From assembly GCA_003208875.1 (NCBI GenBank), contig QCUR01000002.1, forward strand, positions 32,001 through 96,000: a stretch of 64,000 nt of DNA, written 5' to 3'. The DNA comes from Prochlorococcus sp. AG-679-M23. GTDB taxonomy: Bacteria > Cyanobacteriota > Cyanobacteriia > PCC-6307 > Cyanobiaceae. The translations under genes and the position numbers were made by a program. Numbering within the stretch: position 1 is the first letter of the stretch; the number at the start of each line of letters is the position of its first letter. This document shows, in pieces, positions 10,330 through 20,917 of this stretch. The notes under the pieces are model-generated. The model had not been told where the DNA came from and did no database searches. It saw only the letters and a list, made by a program, of their open reading frames with translations.

Positions 10330-11645
10330 TTCAACGAATCTATTAAAGGCAAAAGTTTCCACTTTAGTTCTTCTGTTTCATTTTGAGGATCAGAATCACT
10401 AACTATTCCGCAACCAGCAGATATATTAATTTGCTTATTTTTTACTACAAATGATCTTATTAGTATGTTGCTATCAAACTCGCCATTCCAGTCAACTTTT
10501 ATGAAGGATCCACAGTAAGGTCCTCTTCCATTTTTTTCTATTTCAAATAGCCTTTGGCATGAACGTAATTTTGGAGCCCCAGTTATTGAGCCTCCTGGCC
10601 AGCAAGCAATTAGTAAGTCAACCCAGCTTTTATCCTTTTTTAGTTTCCCTCTAATTACTGATGTAAGATGATGTACTTTCAAGTAACTCTCAAGTTTTAA
10701 TATTTCTGGAACCTCAATACTTCCTATTTCGCATACTTTGCTTAAATCGTTTCTTAAGAGGTCCACAATCATAATATTTTCAGCTCTATCTTTTTCGTTT
10801 GTTATCAAATCTATGGCATTTAATGCATCTTGATTTTTATCTTGGTGTCTGGATCTTGTGCCTTTGATAGGTCTTGATTCGACATATCCTTCTTTGTCTA
10901 TTTTCAAAAATCTTTCAGGTGAAGTTGATAACACTGATTCGTTGATTCCCTTTGAATTATTGATTATTATTCCTCCAAACGGGGCTTTCAATTTTCTTCT
11001 TATTTTTGAATATATGTTTAAAGAACTATAAGTTTCTAAAGCTTCAACCTCACATTGAGTTGTTAGATTCGCTTGAAAAATATCTCCTATAGATATTAAT
11101 TTCTTAACTTTTAAAATATTTGTTTGAAATTCGTTGGTTATTTCTTTTAAATTAATTTTTGAAAAATCAAATTTCAGATCATTTTTAATAGAATTTTTTT
11201 CTGTTTCAGCATTAATATTTAAAATTATTTTTTCAAATTTATTTATTTCAGTAGAACTAGTTCCCTCAAGAATTATTTCATTAGAAACTAGATTAAATTT
11301 AATAATTGGATCATAAGATGCAATCCACAAAGTTGATATTTCATTATTCTTCCATGGATTTTTTGGCTCGATATAAGCGCCCGCCTCAAAGTTTAACCAG
11401 CCCATCCAAAATCCTCTATCAATTTTTTTTAATTTAAAAAATGGATTATTATCAATATTCAAATTATTGATATCTCTAGAGCAAATAATTTCCTTTGGGT
11501 TGACTCCTAAAATAGACCATTCTCCATTATCTTTCCCATCACTATCTAACCAAGACAATCCATGGTCTCCAAATTTCAATGCAAAATGATTAGCTATTAA
11601 TTCTGGATCAAGCCACTTAGATAATTTTTTTGTCTTAATTCTCAT
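10326..11645 (-). CDS. pabB: Aminodeoxychorismate synthase component I (anthranilate synthase I family)
   Basis: GDIFQANL, SPERF, PIKGT, KDRAENIMIVDLLRND, PGGSITGAPK. Confidence 0.85.
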   Translation of the reverse strand: MRIKTKKLSKWLDPELIANHFALKFGDHGLSWLDSDGKDNGEWSILGVNPKEIICSRDINNLNIDNNPFFKLKKIDRGFWMGWLNFEAGAYIEPKNPWKNNEISTLWIASYDPIIKFNLVSNEIILEGTSSTEINKFEKIILNINAETEKNSIKNDLKFDFSKINLKEITNEFQTNILKVKKLISIGDIFQANLTTQCEVEALETYSSLNIYSKIRRKLKAPFGGIIINNSKGINESVLSTSPERFLKIDKEGYVESRPIKGTRSRHQDKNQDALNAIDLITNEKDRAENIMIVDLLRNDLSKVCEIGSIEVPEILKLESYLKVHHLTSVIRGKLKKDKSWVDLLIACWPGGSITGAPKLRSCQRLFEIEKNGRGPYCGSFIKVDWNGEFDSNILIRSFVVKNKQINISAGCGIVSDSDPQNETEELKWKLLPLIDSLK

Positions 11646-12309
11646 TCTTTTTTATTTGCCATTTTTTGTAGGCTGTTTGTCTAATTCTGCAACTATCACA
11701 TTTTCCACAGGGTTCTAAATTTCCTGAATAACAACTCCATGTTTTTTCTAAAGGAACATTATTATCAAAAGCTAATTGAATAATATCTTCTTTATTTAGA
11801 TCGAGTAAAGGTGTCCAAAGTTTAATTGGATTTTCTTCTCTTCCACGCTTGTTAGCAAGATTAGCTAGTTCTTGAAACTTTTTTATGTAATCAGGTCTGC
11901 AATCAGGATAACCAGAATAATCTAGTGCATTAACTCCTAGGCCTATTAAATCAGCATTTATTGCTTCAGCGTAGCTTAACGCAACAGAAATAAAGATCGT
12001 ATTTCTTCCAGGCACATAGGTGTTTGGAATTGTATTTTGCTGTATGCCATCAATAGGTAAATCTTTTTTTATATCTGTAAGAGATGACCCGCCCCACAAA
12101 GATAAGTCAAGTTTTATTATTTTGAATTCCTCTATTTCAAAGTGATTGGCTATTGTGAATGCGGAATCTAATTCTTTTTTATGTCTTTGTCCGTAATCAA
12201 AAGATAAGCCAAATATTTTAGCTTTGGACGCTTTTGCTAAGCCTGTAACAGTTGAAGAATCTAAGCCTCCTGATAATAAAATTACTGCAGATTTATTTTT
12301 TAAATCCAT
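11635..12309 (-). CDS. queC: 7-cyano-7-deazaguanine synthase
   Basis: LLSGGLDS, YGQRH, TYVPGRN, GYPDCR, TWSCY, CGKCDSC. Confidence 0.95.
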   Translation of the reverse strand: MDLKNKSAVILLSGGLDSSTVTGLAKASKAKIFGLSFDYGQRHKKELDSAFTIANHFEIEEFKIIKLDLSLWGGSSLTDIKKDLPIDGIQQNTIPNTYVPGRNTIFISVALSYAEAINADLIGLGVNALDYSGYPDCRPDYIKKFQELANLANKRGREENPIKLWTPLLDLNKEDIIQLAFDNNVPLEKTWSCYSGNLEPCGKCDSCRIRQTAYKKWQIKKNEN

Positions 12310-12314
12310 ATAAA

Positions 12315-12998
12315 TTATTTAATCTTTAAGTATTTATGTGTTTGAAGACTTAAGTTCCATTCAGGATTATTTTTAACAAAATCAATCGTAAGTGAAAACC
12401 CACTTGCGTTTTCCCAAGCGGGTTGTACATAATATTTTTTATCTAACTTATAAAAGTTGTCTTTTAATGATAAGTTCTGATATTTGTTTATTATTTCTTG
12501 CTTTATATCAATTGCAAAATCAATATCTTTTTTATCATTGATAATTATTTTTAATTCATTAAAGTTTTCCAAAAAATAAGTTCTGGGGGGTAAATGTCTT
12601 TTTGGAGATAAAGTAATCCAATCATAATTACCTGATATTTTGTTTACGCCACTTGTTTCAATATGAATCTTGATTGGGTTTTGATTCTTTTCAGAAGTTT
12701 CTTTATTTATAGCTTGGCAGAAATTATCTAAATTATGATGTAAGGGCTCACCACCAGTGATAACTAAAAAAGATGCGCCTTTTTTTCGAGCCTTTTTTAT
12801 TTCATCAATGATTTTTTTGATTGGTATTAAAGGGTATTTTTCTTTATCCCAAGAATGTTTAGTATCGCACCATGAGCATCCAACGCTACATCCAGCTAGT
12901 CTTATAAAAAAGGCACTTTGGCCTGTGTGAAAACCCTCTCCTTGTAATGAATGAAATTTTTCTACTAATGGTAAGAAATTTGTCATTATTTCATTCAA
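12315..12998 (-). CDS. queE: 7-carboxy-7-deazaguanine synthase (radical SAM)
   Basis: SLQGEG, CxxxCxxC (CSVGCSWCDT), ITGGEP, LSLQTHK. Confidence 0.92.
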   Translation of the reverse strand: MNEIMTNFLPLVEKFHSLQGEGFHTGQSAFFIRLAGCSVGCSWCDTKHSWDKEKYPLIPIKKIIDEIKKARKKGASFLVITGGEPLHHNLDNFCQAINKETSEKNQNPIKIHIETSGVNKISGNYDWITLSPKRHLPPRTYFLENFNELKIIINDKKDIDFAIDIKQEIINKYQNLSLKDNFYKLDKKYYVQPAWENASGFSLTIDFVKNNPEWNLSLQTHKYLKIK

Positions 12999-13013
12999 TA
13001 AAAATAAATAATA

Positions 13014-14624
13014 TTAATTTGATTGCTCTAATTTTTCCTGCGATGCTTTGATCAACCCTTTAAATAATGGATGTGGCTTCCCTGGCCTTGATAAGAATTC
13101 AGGATGGTATTGGCATGCTAAAAAATATGGATGATCAACTAATTCAATTAATTCTACTAATCTTCCATCTGGTGATGTGCCACTGATTTTGTATCCAGAA
13201 TCTAAAAAACTTTGTTTGTAGTAATTATTAAATTCATATCTATGTCGATGCCTCTCATATATAACATCTTCGTTATACAACTCTTTACCAGTTGTATTTT
13301 TTTGAAGTCTACAAGGATAAACTCCCAATCTCATAGTCCCTCCAAGATCAATGATGTCTTCTTGTTCGGGTAATAAATGAATAACAGGGTTTTGGGAATC
13401 TGGATTCAATTCTGAGCTAGATGCATCAGGTAATTGGGCTAGATTTCTTGCCCATTCTATTACTGCGCATTGCATACCTAAACATAAACCTAGGAAAGGA
13501 ATCTTCTTTTCTCTTGCAAATTTTATTGCTTCAATTTTCCCATTCACTCCTCTATTTCCAAATCCTCCTGGAACTACAATTGCATCAACATCATTTAAAT
13601 ACTCTTCCGCTGATTTCTCTTCGATCATTTCAGCACTCACCCAATATAAATCTAATAAAGCTTTTTGTTCAATGCAAGCATGCCTTAATGCCTCCACTAC
13701 TGAAAGATATGCATCACCAAGTTCTATATATTTTCCAACTAAAGCAACTTTTATAGGGTTACCAGGATTTCTAAGATTATGAATTATTTTTTCCCAATTC
13801 TCTAAATCACATTCTTTATCTTCGAGTTCTAGACAATTTAAAGTCTGTTTACATAAACCTTCATTCTTTAATGAAAGAGGAACTGAATAAATACTATCAG
13901 CATCTAATGCTTCAATTACACAATTAAGATTAACTCCGCAGAAACCACTGAGTTTTCTTTTTAGCCCTTCATTAATTTCTTTATCACTTCTGCATACAAG
14001 TAAATCTGGTTGTATACCAATGGATCGTAACTCTTTAACAGAATGTTGAGTAGGTTTAGTTTTTATTTCACCAGATGTTTTGATATAAGGAAGTAAAGTT
14101 ACGTGAATATAAGCGACATCATTTTTATTAACATCATTTTTAAATTCTCTTATTGCCTCTAAAAATGGTAGAGATTCAATATCTCCAACTGTTCCACCAA
14201 TCTCAGTTATAACGATATCAGCATTGCTGTTAGCTGCTACTCTATGAATCCTCTCTCTTATTTCTCTTGTGATGTGAGGAATAACTTGAACTGTACCTCC
14301 GTTGTAACTTCCTCTTCTTTCTTTATTAATGACTGCTTGGTAAATGGATCCTGTAGTGACACTATTTAAACGAGTCATTGCAGTGTCAGTAAATCTTTCA
14401 TAGTGACCTAAATCTAAATCTGTTTCAGCTCCATCTTCGGTAACGAAAACTTCGCCATGTTGAAACGGGCTCATTGTTCCTGGGTCAACATTTAGATAGG
14501 GATCTAGTTTAAGTATTGAAACGCTATACCCTCTTGATTTTAATAATCTTCCTAAGCTTGCGGCAACAATACCTTTACCTATGCTAGAAACAACTCCTCC
14601 AGTAACAAAAACAAATTTTGACAT
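13014..14624 (-). CDS. pyrG: CTP synthase
   Basis: [46 protein letters not shown]. Confidence 0.98.
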   Translation of the reverse strand: MSKFVFVTGGVVSSIGKGIVAASLGRLLKSRGYSVSILKLDPYLNVDPGTMSPFQHGEVFVTEDGAETDLDLGHYERFTDTAMTRLNSVTTGSIYQAVINKERRGSYNGGTVQVIPHITREIRERIHRVAANSNADIVITEIGGTVGDIESLPFLEAIREFKNDVNKNDVAYIHVTLLPYIKTSGEIKTKPTQHSVKELRSIGIQPDLLVCRSDKEINEGLKRKLSGFCGVNLNCVIEALDADSIYSVPLSLKNEGLCKQTLNCLELEDKECDLENWEKIIHNLRNPGNPIKVALVGKYIELGDAYLSVVEALRHACIEQKALLDLYWVSAEMIEEKSAEEYLNDVDAIVVPGGFGNRGVNGKIEAIKFAREKKIPFLGLCLGMQCAVIEWARNLAQLPDASSSELNPDSQNPVIHLLPEQEDIIDLGGTMRLGVYPCRLQKNTTGKELYNEDVIYERHRHRYEFNNYYKQSFLDSGYKISGTSPDGRLVELIELVDHPYFLACQYHPEFLSRPGKPHPLFKGLIKASQEKLEQSN

Positions 14625-14698
14625 GCAATATTTTTAATTAAGCACAACCTACTTATATTTTATTTAAACAAAAAATTTATTGATCATCCATAAATAGT

Positions 14699-16495
14699 TT
14701 ATTCATCAATTGTTATTTCAATATCTAATTCTTTTAATTGGGATTTGGAGACATTTGAAGGTGCATTTGTAAGAAGACATTTTGCTTGTTGATTTTTTGG
14801 AAAAGCGATTGTTTCCCTAATTGAATCTTCCCCCAAAATAAGCATTGTTATCCGATCTACCCCAAATGCTATTCCCCCATGAGGTGGAGCACCCATTTCG
14901 AGAGCTTCAATTAAAAAACCAAATTTTTCATTAATTTGATTATCTGTTAATCCAACTGTTCTAAGAACTTCTCTTTGCAATTCAGCTTGATGGATACGCA
15001 GAGAACCACCACCTAACTCTAATCCATTTAGTACCAAGTCATAAGCATGTGCTGTAGAGCTCTCTATTTTTTCTTTTAATTCTTTTGAATCTTCAAGCTT
15101 AATATTTTTAGGAGAACAAAACGGATGGTGTAAAGCTTCAAATCTTTTTTCTTCTTCATTCATTTCAAACATAGGGAAATCTGTGACCCATAAAAAGTTC
15201 CATTTATCCTTCTCTATTAGCTTTAAATCTTTTGCAATATATTGCCTGACTCTATCTAATGATTGATTTACAATTTGAGTATTTCCAGCCCCTAAAAGAA
15301 TTAAGTCCCCATCTTTTGCTTCTGTTATTTTTAAAATATTAGAGATATGATCTTTATTTAAATTATTTTTTATTGCCCCAATTGTTTCAAGTTCATCTCC
15401 TTTAACTCTTATGAAAGCTAAACCTCCAGCTCCTGCATCTTGGGCAACATTAAAAATATCTCCTCCAGGTTTGATTCGAACGTTACTAATACTTGTGTTG
15501 CCATTTTTAATAGTTATGGATTTTATTGCTCCGCCATTCTGAATTGCTTTAGTGAAAATGTTAAAACCAATATTGCCGAGTATCCCACCTAAATTTTTAA
15601 GTAACATTTCATATCTTGTATCTGGTCTGTCTGTTCCATAGTTGTCCATGGCCTCCTGCCAAGTCATTCTTGGAAACTCCTTATTGAAGTTTATATTTAG
15701 AACATTTTTCCATACATTCTTTATTAGTTTTTCATTAAAAGAAATGATTTCTTCTTCACTTATAAAACTCATTTCAATATCAAGCTGAGTAAATTCTGGT
15801 TGTCTATCAGCTCTTAGATCTTCATCACGGAAACATTTTGCGATTTGATAGTACTTGTCTAACCCTCCTACCATTAAAAGTTGTTTAAATAATTGTGGAG
15901 ATTGTGGTAAAGCAAAAAATTCACCGTTTGAAAGCCTAGCTGGAACTAAAAAATCTCTAGCTCCCTCTGGAGTCGATTTTGTCAGTAATGGTGTTTCGAC
16001 TTCTGTAAATCCAGAATTATCAAGATATTCTCTTACTGCTTTAATAATTTTATGCCTTGTTTTTAAATTTTTAAGTAATTTTCCTCTTCTTAAATCTAAA
16101 TATCTATATTTTAGTCTAAGCTCTTCTTTTGTATTTTCATAATCATGTACTGAGATAGGAAATGGTAAATTATTTTTTATTTGATTAAGAATTTGTAGAT
16201 CTTTCACTTTTAGTTCTAACTCTCCAGTGAGAATATTTTTATTTATCGAATCCTTTGGCCTTTCATTAACAATTCCATTAACCCTTATCACAGTTTCATT
16301 TCTTAGAATCTCAGCCTGTTTAAAAAGAGTCTCACCATCTTCAGGATTAATAGTAATTTGCATAAATCCACTATGATCACGCAAATCTATAAAAATTACT
16401 CCACCATGATCTCTTCTTCGATCAACCCATCCACATAAATTAACTACTTTCCCAATATCTGACTTATTGAGTTCTTCACAAATTTTGTTTCGCAT
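14699..16495 (-). CDS. aspS: Aspartyl-tRNA synthetase
   Basis: [49 protein letters not shown]. Confidence 0.97.
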   Translation of the reverse strand: MRNKICEELNKSDIGKVVNLCGWVDRRRDHGGVIFIDLRDHSGFMQITINPEDGETLFKQAEILRNETVIRVNGIVNERPKDSINKNILTGELELKVKDLQILNQIKNNLPFPISVHDYENTKEELRLKYRYLDLRRGKLLKNLKTRHKIIKAVREYLDNSGFTEVETPLLTKSTPEGARDFLVPARLSNGEFFALPQSPQLFKQLLMVGGLDKYYQIAKCFRDEDLRADRQPEFTQLDIEMSFISEEEIISFNEKLIKNVWKNVLNINFNKEFPRMTWQEAMDNYGTDRPDTRYEMLLKNLGGILGNIGFNIFTKAIQNGGAIKSITIKNGNTSISNVRIKPGGDIFNVAQDAGAGGLAFIRVKGDELETIGAIKNNLNKDHISNILKITEAKDGDLILLGAGNTQIVNQSLDRVRQYIAKDLKLIEKDKWNFLWVTDFPMFEMNEEEKRFEALHHPFCSPKNIKLEDSKELKEKIESSTAHAYDLVLNGLELGGGSLRIHQAELQREVLRTVGLTDNQINEKFGFLIEALEMGAPPHGGIAFGVDRITMLILGEDSIRETIAFPKNQQAKCLLTNAPSNVSKSQLKELDIEITIDE

Positions 16496-16553
16496 CTAGA
16501 AATGACTTATTGAGCAATAATTAACAATAATAATTCTTCAAGGGTAAATTTAG

Positions 16554-17666
16554 TTAAATATCTTTTTTATAAAAAGCTCTTTTCGTTATGGTCCCTTTGA
16601 ATGTTTTACCTCTGATTGAAATTTCAACAACATTATTTAAAGTAGCGTAAGAATTTTGAATATAAGCAAAAGCTATTGCCTTTTGCTTAGTAGGGGACCA
16701 ACTACCGCTAGTTATAGTTCCAATATTTTCTCCATCTTTAAATACTTCGCATCCTTTTCTTCCAATAGCTCTCCCTTCAATATTTAGACCAACTAACTTT
16801 TTATTAATTCCAAATCTTGATTGTTTTTCAAGAAACTCTCTTCCAAAAAAGTTATGATTATTTTCTAAATGTACTAGCCAACCTAATCCTGCTTCATATG
16901 GTGTAGTTGTTTCATCTAAATCTTGTCCATATAAGTGCATTCCTGCTTCAAGTCTTAAGGTATCTCTAGCACCTAAACCACAAGGCTTAATATTTTTTGA
17001 AACTAAGAAATCCCATAAATTAATTGCTGCTTTTGCGGATAATAGGATTTCTAAACCGTTTTCACCTGTATAGCCTGTTTTCGAAAAGAAAATCTTTTCT
17101 TTGGATGAAATATGTTTAAAGATTTTATATTCACAACCAAAGTAAGGGATATGTGAAATCGATGATTTAATCCATTCTTCGAATAATTTAAAGGAATTTT
17201 TGCCTTGTAGTGCAAAGAGGACCTTATCTTTTTTAGCATTTGATATTGAAATATTATTGGTATTTAAATTATTTTTAATCCAAGAGAAATCAATTTGGTA
17301 TCTGCTCGCATTTACTATTAAAAAAATTTCTGAGATATCCTCTTCTTGTTGACCAAGGTCATAAATTATTAGGTCATCTATTATTCCTCCCTTTTCATTC
17401 AGCATTAATGTATAAAGCCCTTGTCCTTCTGAAAAGGAATATAAATTAGTAGGAAAAAATTTTTGAATATATTCTTTTGGGTTAATTCCTCTAAGAGAAA
17501 TTACACCCATGTGGGAAATATCAAAGAATCCTGCTGATGTTCTTACTGATTCATGTTCGTCTATTAATCCCGAAAAGGATATGGGCATTTCCCAACCTGC
17601 AAAATTTACTAATTTTGCATTTGACTCAATATATTTTGAATAAAGTGGACTTTTAAGCAAATCCAT
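16554..17666 (-). CDS. gcvT: Glycine cleavage system T protein
   Basis: [33 protein letters not shown]. Confidence 0.96.
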   Translation of the reverse strand: MDLLKSPLYSKYIESNAKLVNFAGWEMPISFSGLIDEHESVRTSAGFFDISHMGVISLRGINPKEYIQKFFPTNLYSFSEGQGLYTLMLNEKGGIIDDLIIYDLGQQEEDISEIFLIVNASRYQIDFSWIKNNLNTNNISISNAKKDKVLFALQGKNSFKLFEEWIKSSISHIPYFGCEYKIFKHISSKEKIFFSKTGYTGENGLEILLSAKAAINLWDFLVSKNIKPCGLGARDTLRLEAGMHLYGQDLDETTTPYEAGLGWLVHLENNHNFFGREFLEKQSRFGINKKLVGLNIEGRAIGRKGCEVFKDGENIGTITSGSWSPTKQKAIAFAYIQNSYATLNNVVEISIRGKTFKGTITKRAFYKKDI

Positions 17667-17716
17667 GAAATATTTAATGAGTTATTTAGCTTCTCATACT
17701 CTAGTTTAGAAATTTT

Positions 17717-18601
17717 TTATTGCATATTTTGTACTGACATAATTAAGCTTCTCAGTACTTTTGCGGCAACTATACTACTAACTCCGCTATTATCAATTTC
17801 TGGAGATAATTCAACAATATCTGAAGCGACAATTCTAAATTCTTTTAGAGTTTCAAGAATCACTTCAAAGTCATTCCAAAAAAAACCTCCTGGTTCTGGA
17901 GTTCCCGTACCAGGTAATAAACTTGGATCAAACCAATCTAAATCTATTGTTAAATAGATTGGAGAATTAGAGTAAGGAAGAAGAGCTTTTTTAAATTCTT
18001 GAGCATTTCCTCCTGGCAAAAAATTTACTAATTGATTTTGTTGACTCATAAATTTAAACTCTGCTTTGGTGCCACTTCTTATTCCGACTTGCAAAATCTT
18101 TTTTTCAGGTAAGACATCTAAGCATCTTTGCATTGCACAGGCATGACTATGTTCATTCCCCATATATGAGGTTCTTAAATCTGCATGAGCATCTAGTTGA
18201 ATTAAAATCAGATCTGGATATTTATTTACTAACGCCTCAATAGCACCACTAGTAATAGAGTGCTCACCTCCAAGCATAATGGGAGTAAGCTTTCTACTCA
18301 TAATGAAATCTGTTGCTGATTTGACTGATTTAATGACAGATTTTGAGTCATTTTTATCTATTTCTAGTGAACCAAAATCAACATACTTAAAATCTTCTAA
18401 ATCTTTTCCTAATCTTGGACAAAATGTTTCTAAGCATGTACTTACTAGCCTTATGGCATTTGGACCAAATCGAGTTCCTGACTTATAAGAGCATGTACCA
18501 TCATAATTGACTCCAAATATTCCAATTGAACAATCATCGGGATTTCTTTTAGCCCCCATGAAAATTGCACTTTCGTTATCAAATAAATTTTTATTGACCA
18601 T
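17717..18601 (-). CDS. speB: Agmatinase (ureohydrolase family)
   Basis: GGEHS, DAHAD, DLDWFDP, PGTGTPEPGG, VELSP. Confidence 0.9.
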   Translation of the reverse strand: MVNKNLFDNESAIFMGAKRNPDDCSIGIFGVNYDGTCSYKSGTRFGPNAIRLVSTCLETFCPRLGKDLEDFKYVDFGSLEIDKNDSKSVIKSVKSATDFIMSRKLTPIMLGGEHSITSGAIEALVNKYPDLILIQLDAHADLRTSYMGNEHSHACAMQRCLDVLPEKKILQVGIRSGTKAEFKFMSQQNQLVNFLPGGNAQEFKKALLPYSNSPIYLTIDLDWFDPSLLPGTGTPEPGGFFWNDFEVILETLKEFRIVASDIVELSPEIDNSGVSSIVAAKVLRSLIMSVQNMQ

Positions 18602-18602
18602 T

Positions 18603-19454
18603 TTACGAATTGAGTTTTTTTACAATTTTATTTGGCATCATTTTGAATGCAGCATTTTGAAAATTTAAATTCCAAACATCACAATTATTTTCTATTTCCA
18701 TGACTTCTTTGTAATTGACTTTTGATAAATTTAATTCTTCATCTGAAGCGAATGTCCAACTCCAAATACCACTTGGATATATTGGCACAAATGAATACAT
18801 AGTTTCAGATAATTTGAATATTTTATTGAGTGATTTCAAAATATGTATATGAATATTTTCGAATGATTCAGGTGATTCGCTTTGAGTCGCTAATATTCCC
18901 TTTTTCGTGAGTATTCTTTTACATTCTTTATAAAAGGAATCTGTGAATAATAAATTAGAAAATTCTGATGGATCTGAACAATCTATAAAAATAACATCAT
19001 AAGAATTATCTTTAGTTTTTTCCACCCATTTAACTCCATCATCAATATGAATAGCTAATCTTTTATCACTCCACGCTCTACCTCCAATTTCTTTTAAAAA
19101 TGTTTTAGATACTTTGATGACTTCTTCATCAATTTCTACCAAATCAATTTTTGTAACTTGAGAGTATTTTAAGCATTCTCTTGCAGTTCCACCATCACCT
19201 CCTCCAATAATCAGTATGTGAGATTTCTGATCAATGCTACTTAACGCTGGATGGACTAGACATTCATGATAATATTTTTCGTCTCTCAATGACGTCATCC
19301 AACATCCATCTAACATTAAAGCTTTACCATAAAAATCAGTCTCTATAATGAGAATTTCTTGATATTTAGAATTTTTTTTAAGTAATACTTTCCCATTGAG
19401 TCCAAATCTTGAGCCTTTGTGGTACTCATCTATCCAAGTTGGCATATCTTTCAT
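18603..19454 (-). CDS. speE: Polyamine aminopropyltransferase (spermidine synthase family)
   Basis: SKYQ, LMLDG, DEKYYHE, IIGGGDGG, VEID, DCSDP. Confidence 0.92.
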   Translation of the reverse strand: MKDMPTWIDEYHKGSRFGLNGKVLLKKNSKYQEILIIETDFYGKALMLDGCWMTSLRDEKYYHECLVHPALSSIDQKSHILIIGGGDGGTARECLKYSQVTKIDLVEIDEEVIKVSKTFLKEIGGRAWSDKRLAIHIDDGVKWVEKTKDNSYDVIFIDCSDPSEFSNLLFTDSFYKECKRILTKKGILATQSESPESFENIHIHILKSLNKIFKLSETMYSFVPIYPSGIWSWTFASDEELNLSKVNYKEVMEIENNCDVWNLNFQNAAFKMMPNKIVKKLNS

Positions 19455-20305
19455 TTTTTTTTCAATTTTTCTCTCATTAGTGTTTTTTTAGCAACTTCCC
19501 AAAGCCGCTGAAAATCTTTTGGGTTTTGTTTTCTAATATTATCTCCTACCTGATCTTCTATTATTGCAAATCTGTCTAAAAATTTTTTATTAGTTTTTTG
19601 AAGAGATGATTCTGGATTTATTTTTAGAAAGTTTGAAAGACTTATCAAAGTAAAGTAAACATCTCCAAATTCATCTTGGATTTCATGTGCCTTTTTGCTT
19701 TTTATTGCTTCTTTTAATTCACATATTTCTTCATCTAATTTATCAAAAATCTTTTTACTACTTTCCCATTTAAAACCGTATTCTTTAACAGTATTAGTAA
19801 TCTGGTTTGATCCTATAGTTGCAGGTAAACTTTTTACTTTTGAATTCAATTGTCTACTAATTGATGATTTCTTATAGAACGTCTTATTTTCAGAATTTTT
19901 AATATTTCTCCAAATTTCTTGTGACTTTTTTAATGATACTTTTTCTTTTTTTTTAAAAATATAGGGATGTCTATTAATAATTTTTTTATTTAAATTTTCA
20001 ATAACATCTTTTAATTCAAATTGTTTTTCTTCAAAGCCAATTTCCGAATGAAGCATTATTTGTAATAGGAGATCCCCTAATTCTTCACAAATATTATTCG
20101 CGTTTTTTTCATATATTGCATCAATCAATTCACTACTTTCTTCATTTAAAAATGGGATCAATGATTTGTGTGACTGTATTTTTTGCCATGGGCAGCCCCA
20201 CGTTTTATCTTTTAAATATTTAATATTTGATATTAAAATCTTGAAACTCTCTAAAGTGTTTTGATCACTATCTTTCTGATTGTTATATCCATTGTTTAAG
20301 TTCAT
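19451..20305 (-). CDS. mazG: Nucleoside triphosphate pyrophosphohydrolase MazG (two-domain)
   Basis: GCPW, EE..E, EELGDLLLQ, RHPY and a second domain with EE..E and DEFGD. Confidence 0.9.
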   Translation of the reverse strand: MNLNNGYNNQKDSDQNTLESFKILISNIKYLKDKTWGCPWQKIQSHKSLIPFLNEESSELIDAIYEKNANNICEELGDLLLQIMLHSEIGFEEKQFELKDVIENLNKKIINRHPYIFKKKEKVSLKKSQEIWRNIKNSENKTFYKKSSISRQLNSKVKSLPATIGSNQITNTVKEYGFKWESSKKIFDKLDEEICELKEAIKSKKAHEIQDEFGDVYFTLISLSNFLKINPESSLQKTNKKFLDRFAIIEDQVGDNIRKQNPKDFQRLWEVAKKTLMREKLKKK

Positions 20306-20403
20306 AAAACTGTATCTTATTTATTCAATTTTGACTTAATCATGAAATTTTTAAAGACTAAGTATAAAATTTTCAACTTCATCTACTAGAATGGATAATT
20401 ATA

Positions 20404-20475
<72 letters not shown>

Positions 20476-20491
20476 TTTTCTTTTTATAACA

Positions 20492-20824
20492 ATGACTGAG
20501 ATCGTTAATCTTTCAATCAGTCAAACTGCAGCATCAGAGCTTTCAAGGCAAGCATCTTTTGGAGGATCGCCGGGGGAAATGTCCATTGCTTTAATTAGTG
20601 ATGAAGAAGGTTGGATGCATATTAAATTAAAACCAGGTACATTTAATGGATCTCCAATATCTAGAACCGAAGGTATAACTTTATATGCTGATTCTAAAAA
20701 GTTCTCCTTGTTAAAAGATTTAAAACTTGATTATTACAGTGATTTAAGTGGTGGAGGTTTTCTTATCTCAACTCCTAAAAATGCCAAGAGGTGTGCTTGC
20801 GGCTCTGGTTTTAAACTCTTGTAG
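20492..20824 (+). CDS. HesB/IscA-like (A-type Fe-S carrier family) protein
   Basis: 110 aa; LKLDYYSDLSGGGFLISTP and C-terminal RCACGSGF resemble the IscA/HesB C-terminus. Confidence 0.7.
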   Translation: MTEIVNLSISQTAASELSRQASFGGSPGEMSIALISDEEGWMHIKLKPGTFNGSPISRTEGITLYADSKKFSLLKDLKLDYYSDLSGGGFLISTPKNAKRCACGSGFKLL

Positions 20825-20917
20825 TTTTACATATATTTTGCAAACTGATATGTTTTTTAAATTATTTGCTTCTATCAATATAAAATAAATAAAAAGCTAA
20901 TGAAATAACTATTGCAA

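Noticed and set aside
11635..12998. queC/queE as part of a Dpd DNA-modification or QatABCD defence system
   Set aside because: Canonical lengths, housekeeping context, and no dpdA, TatD or ATPase partners.
19451..20305. mazG as a phage auxiliary gene or defence/toxin-antitoxin component
   Set aside because: It is the two-domain host-type MazG, with no mazEF or phage genes nearby.
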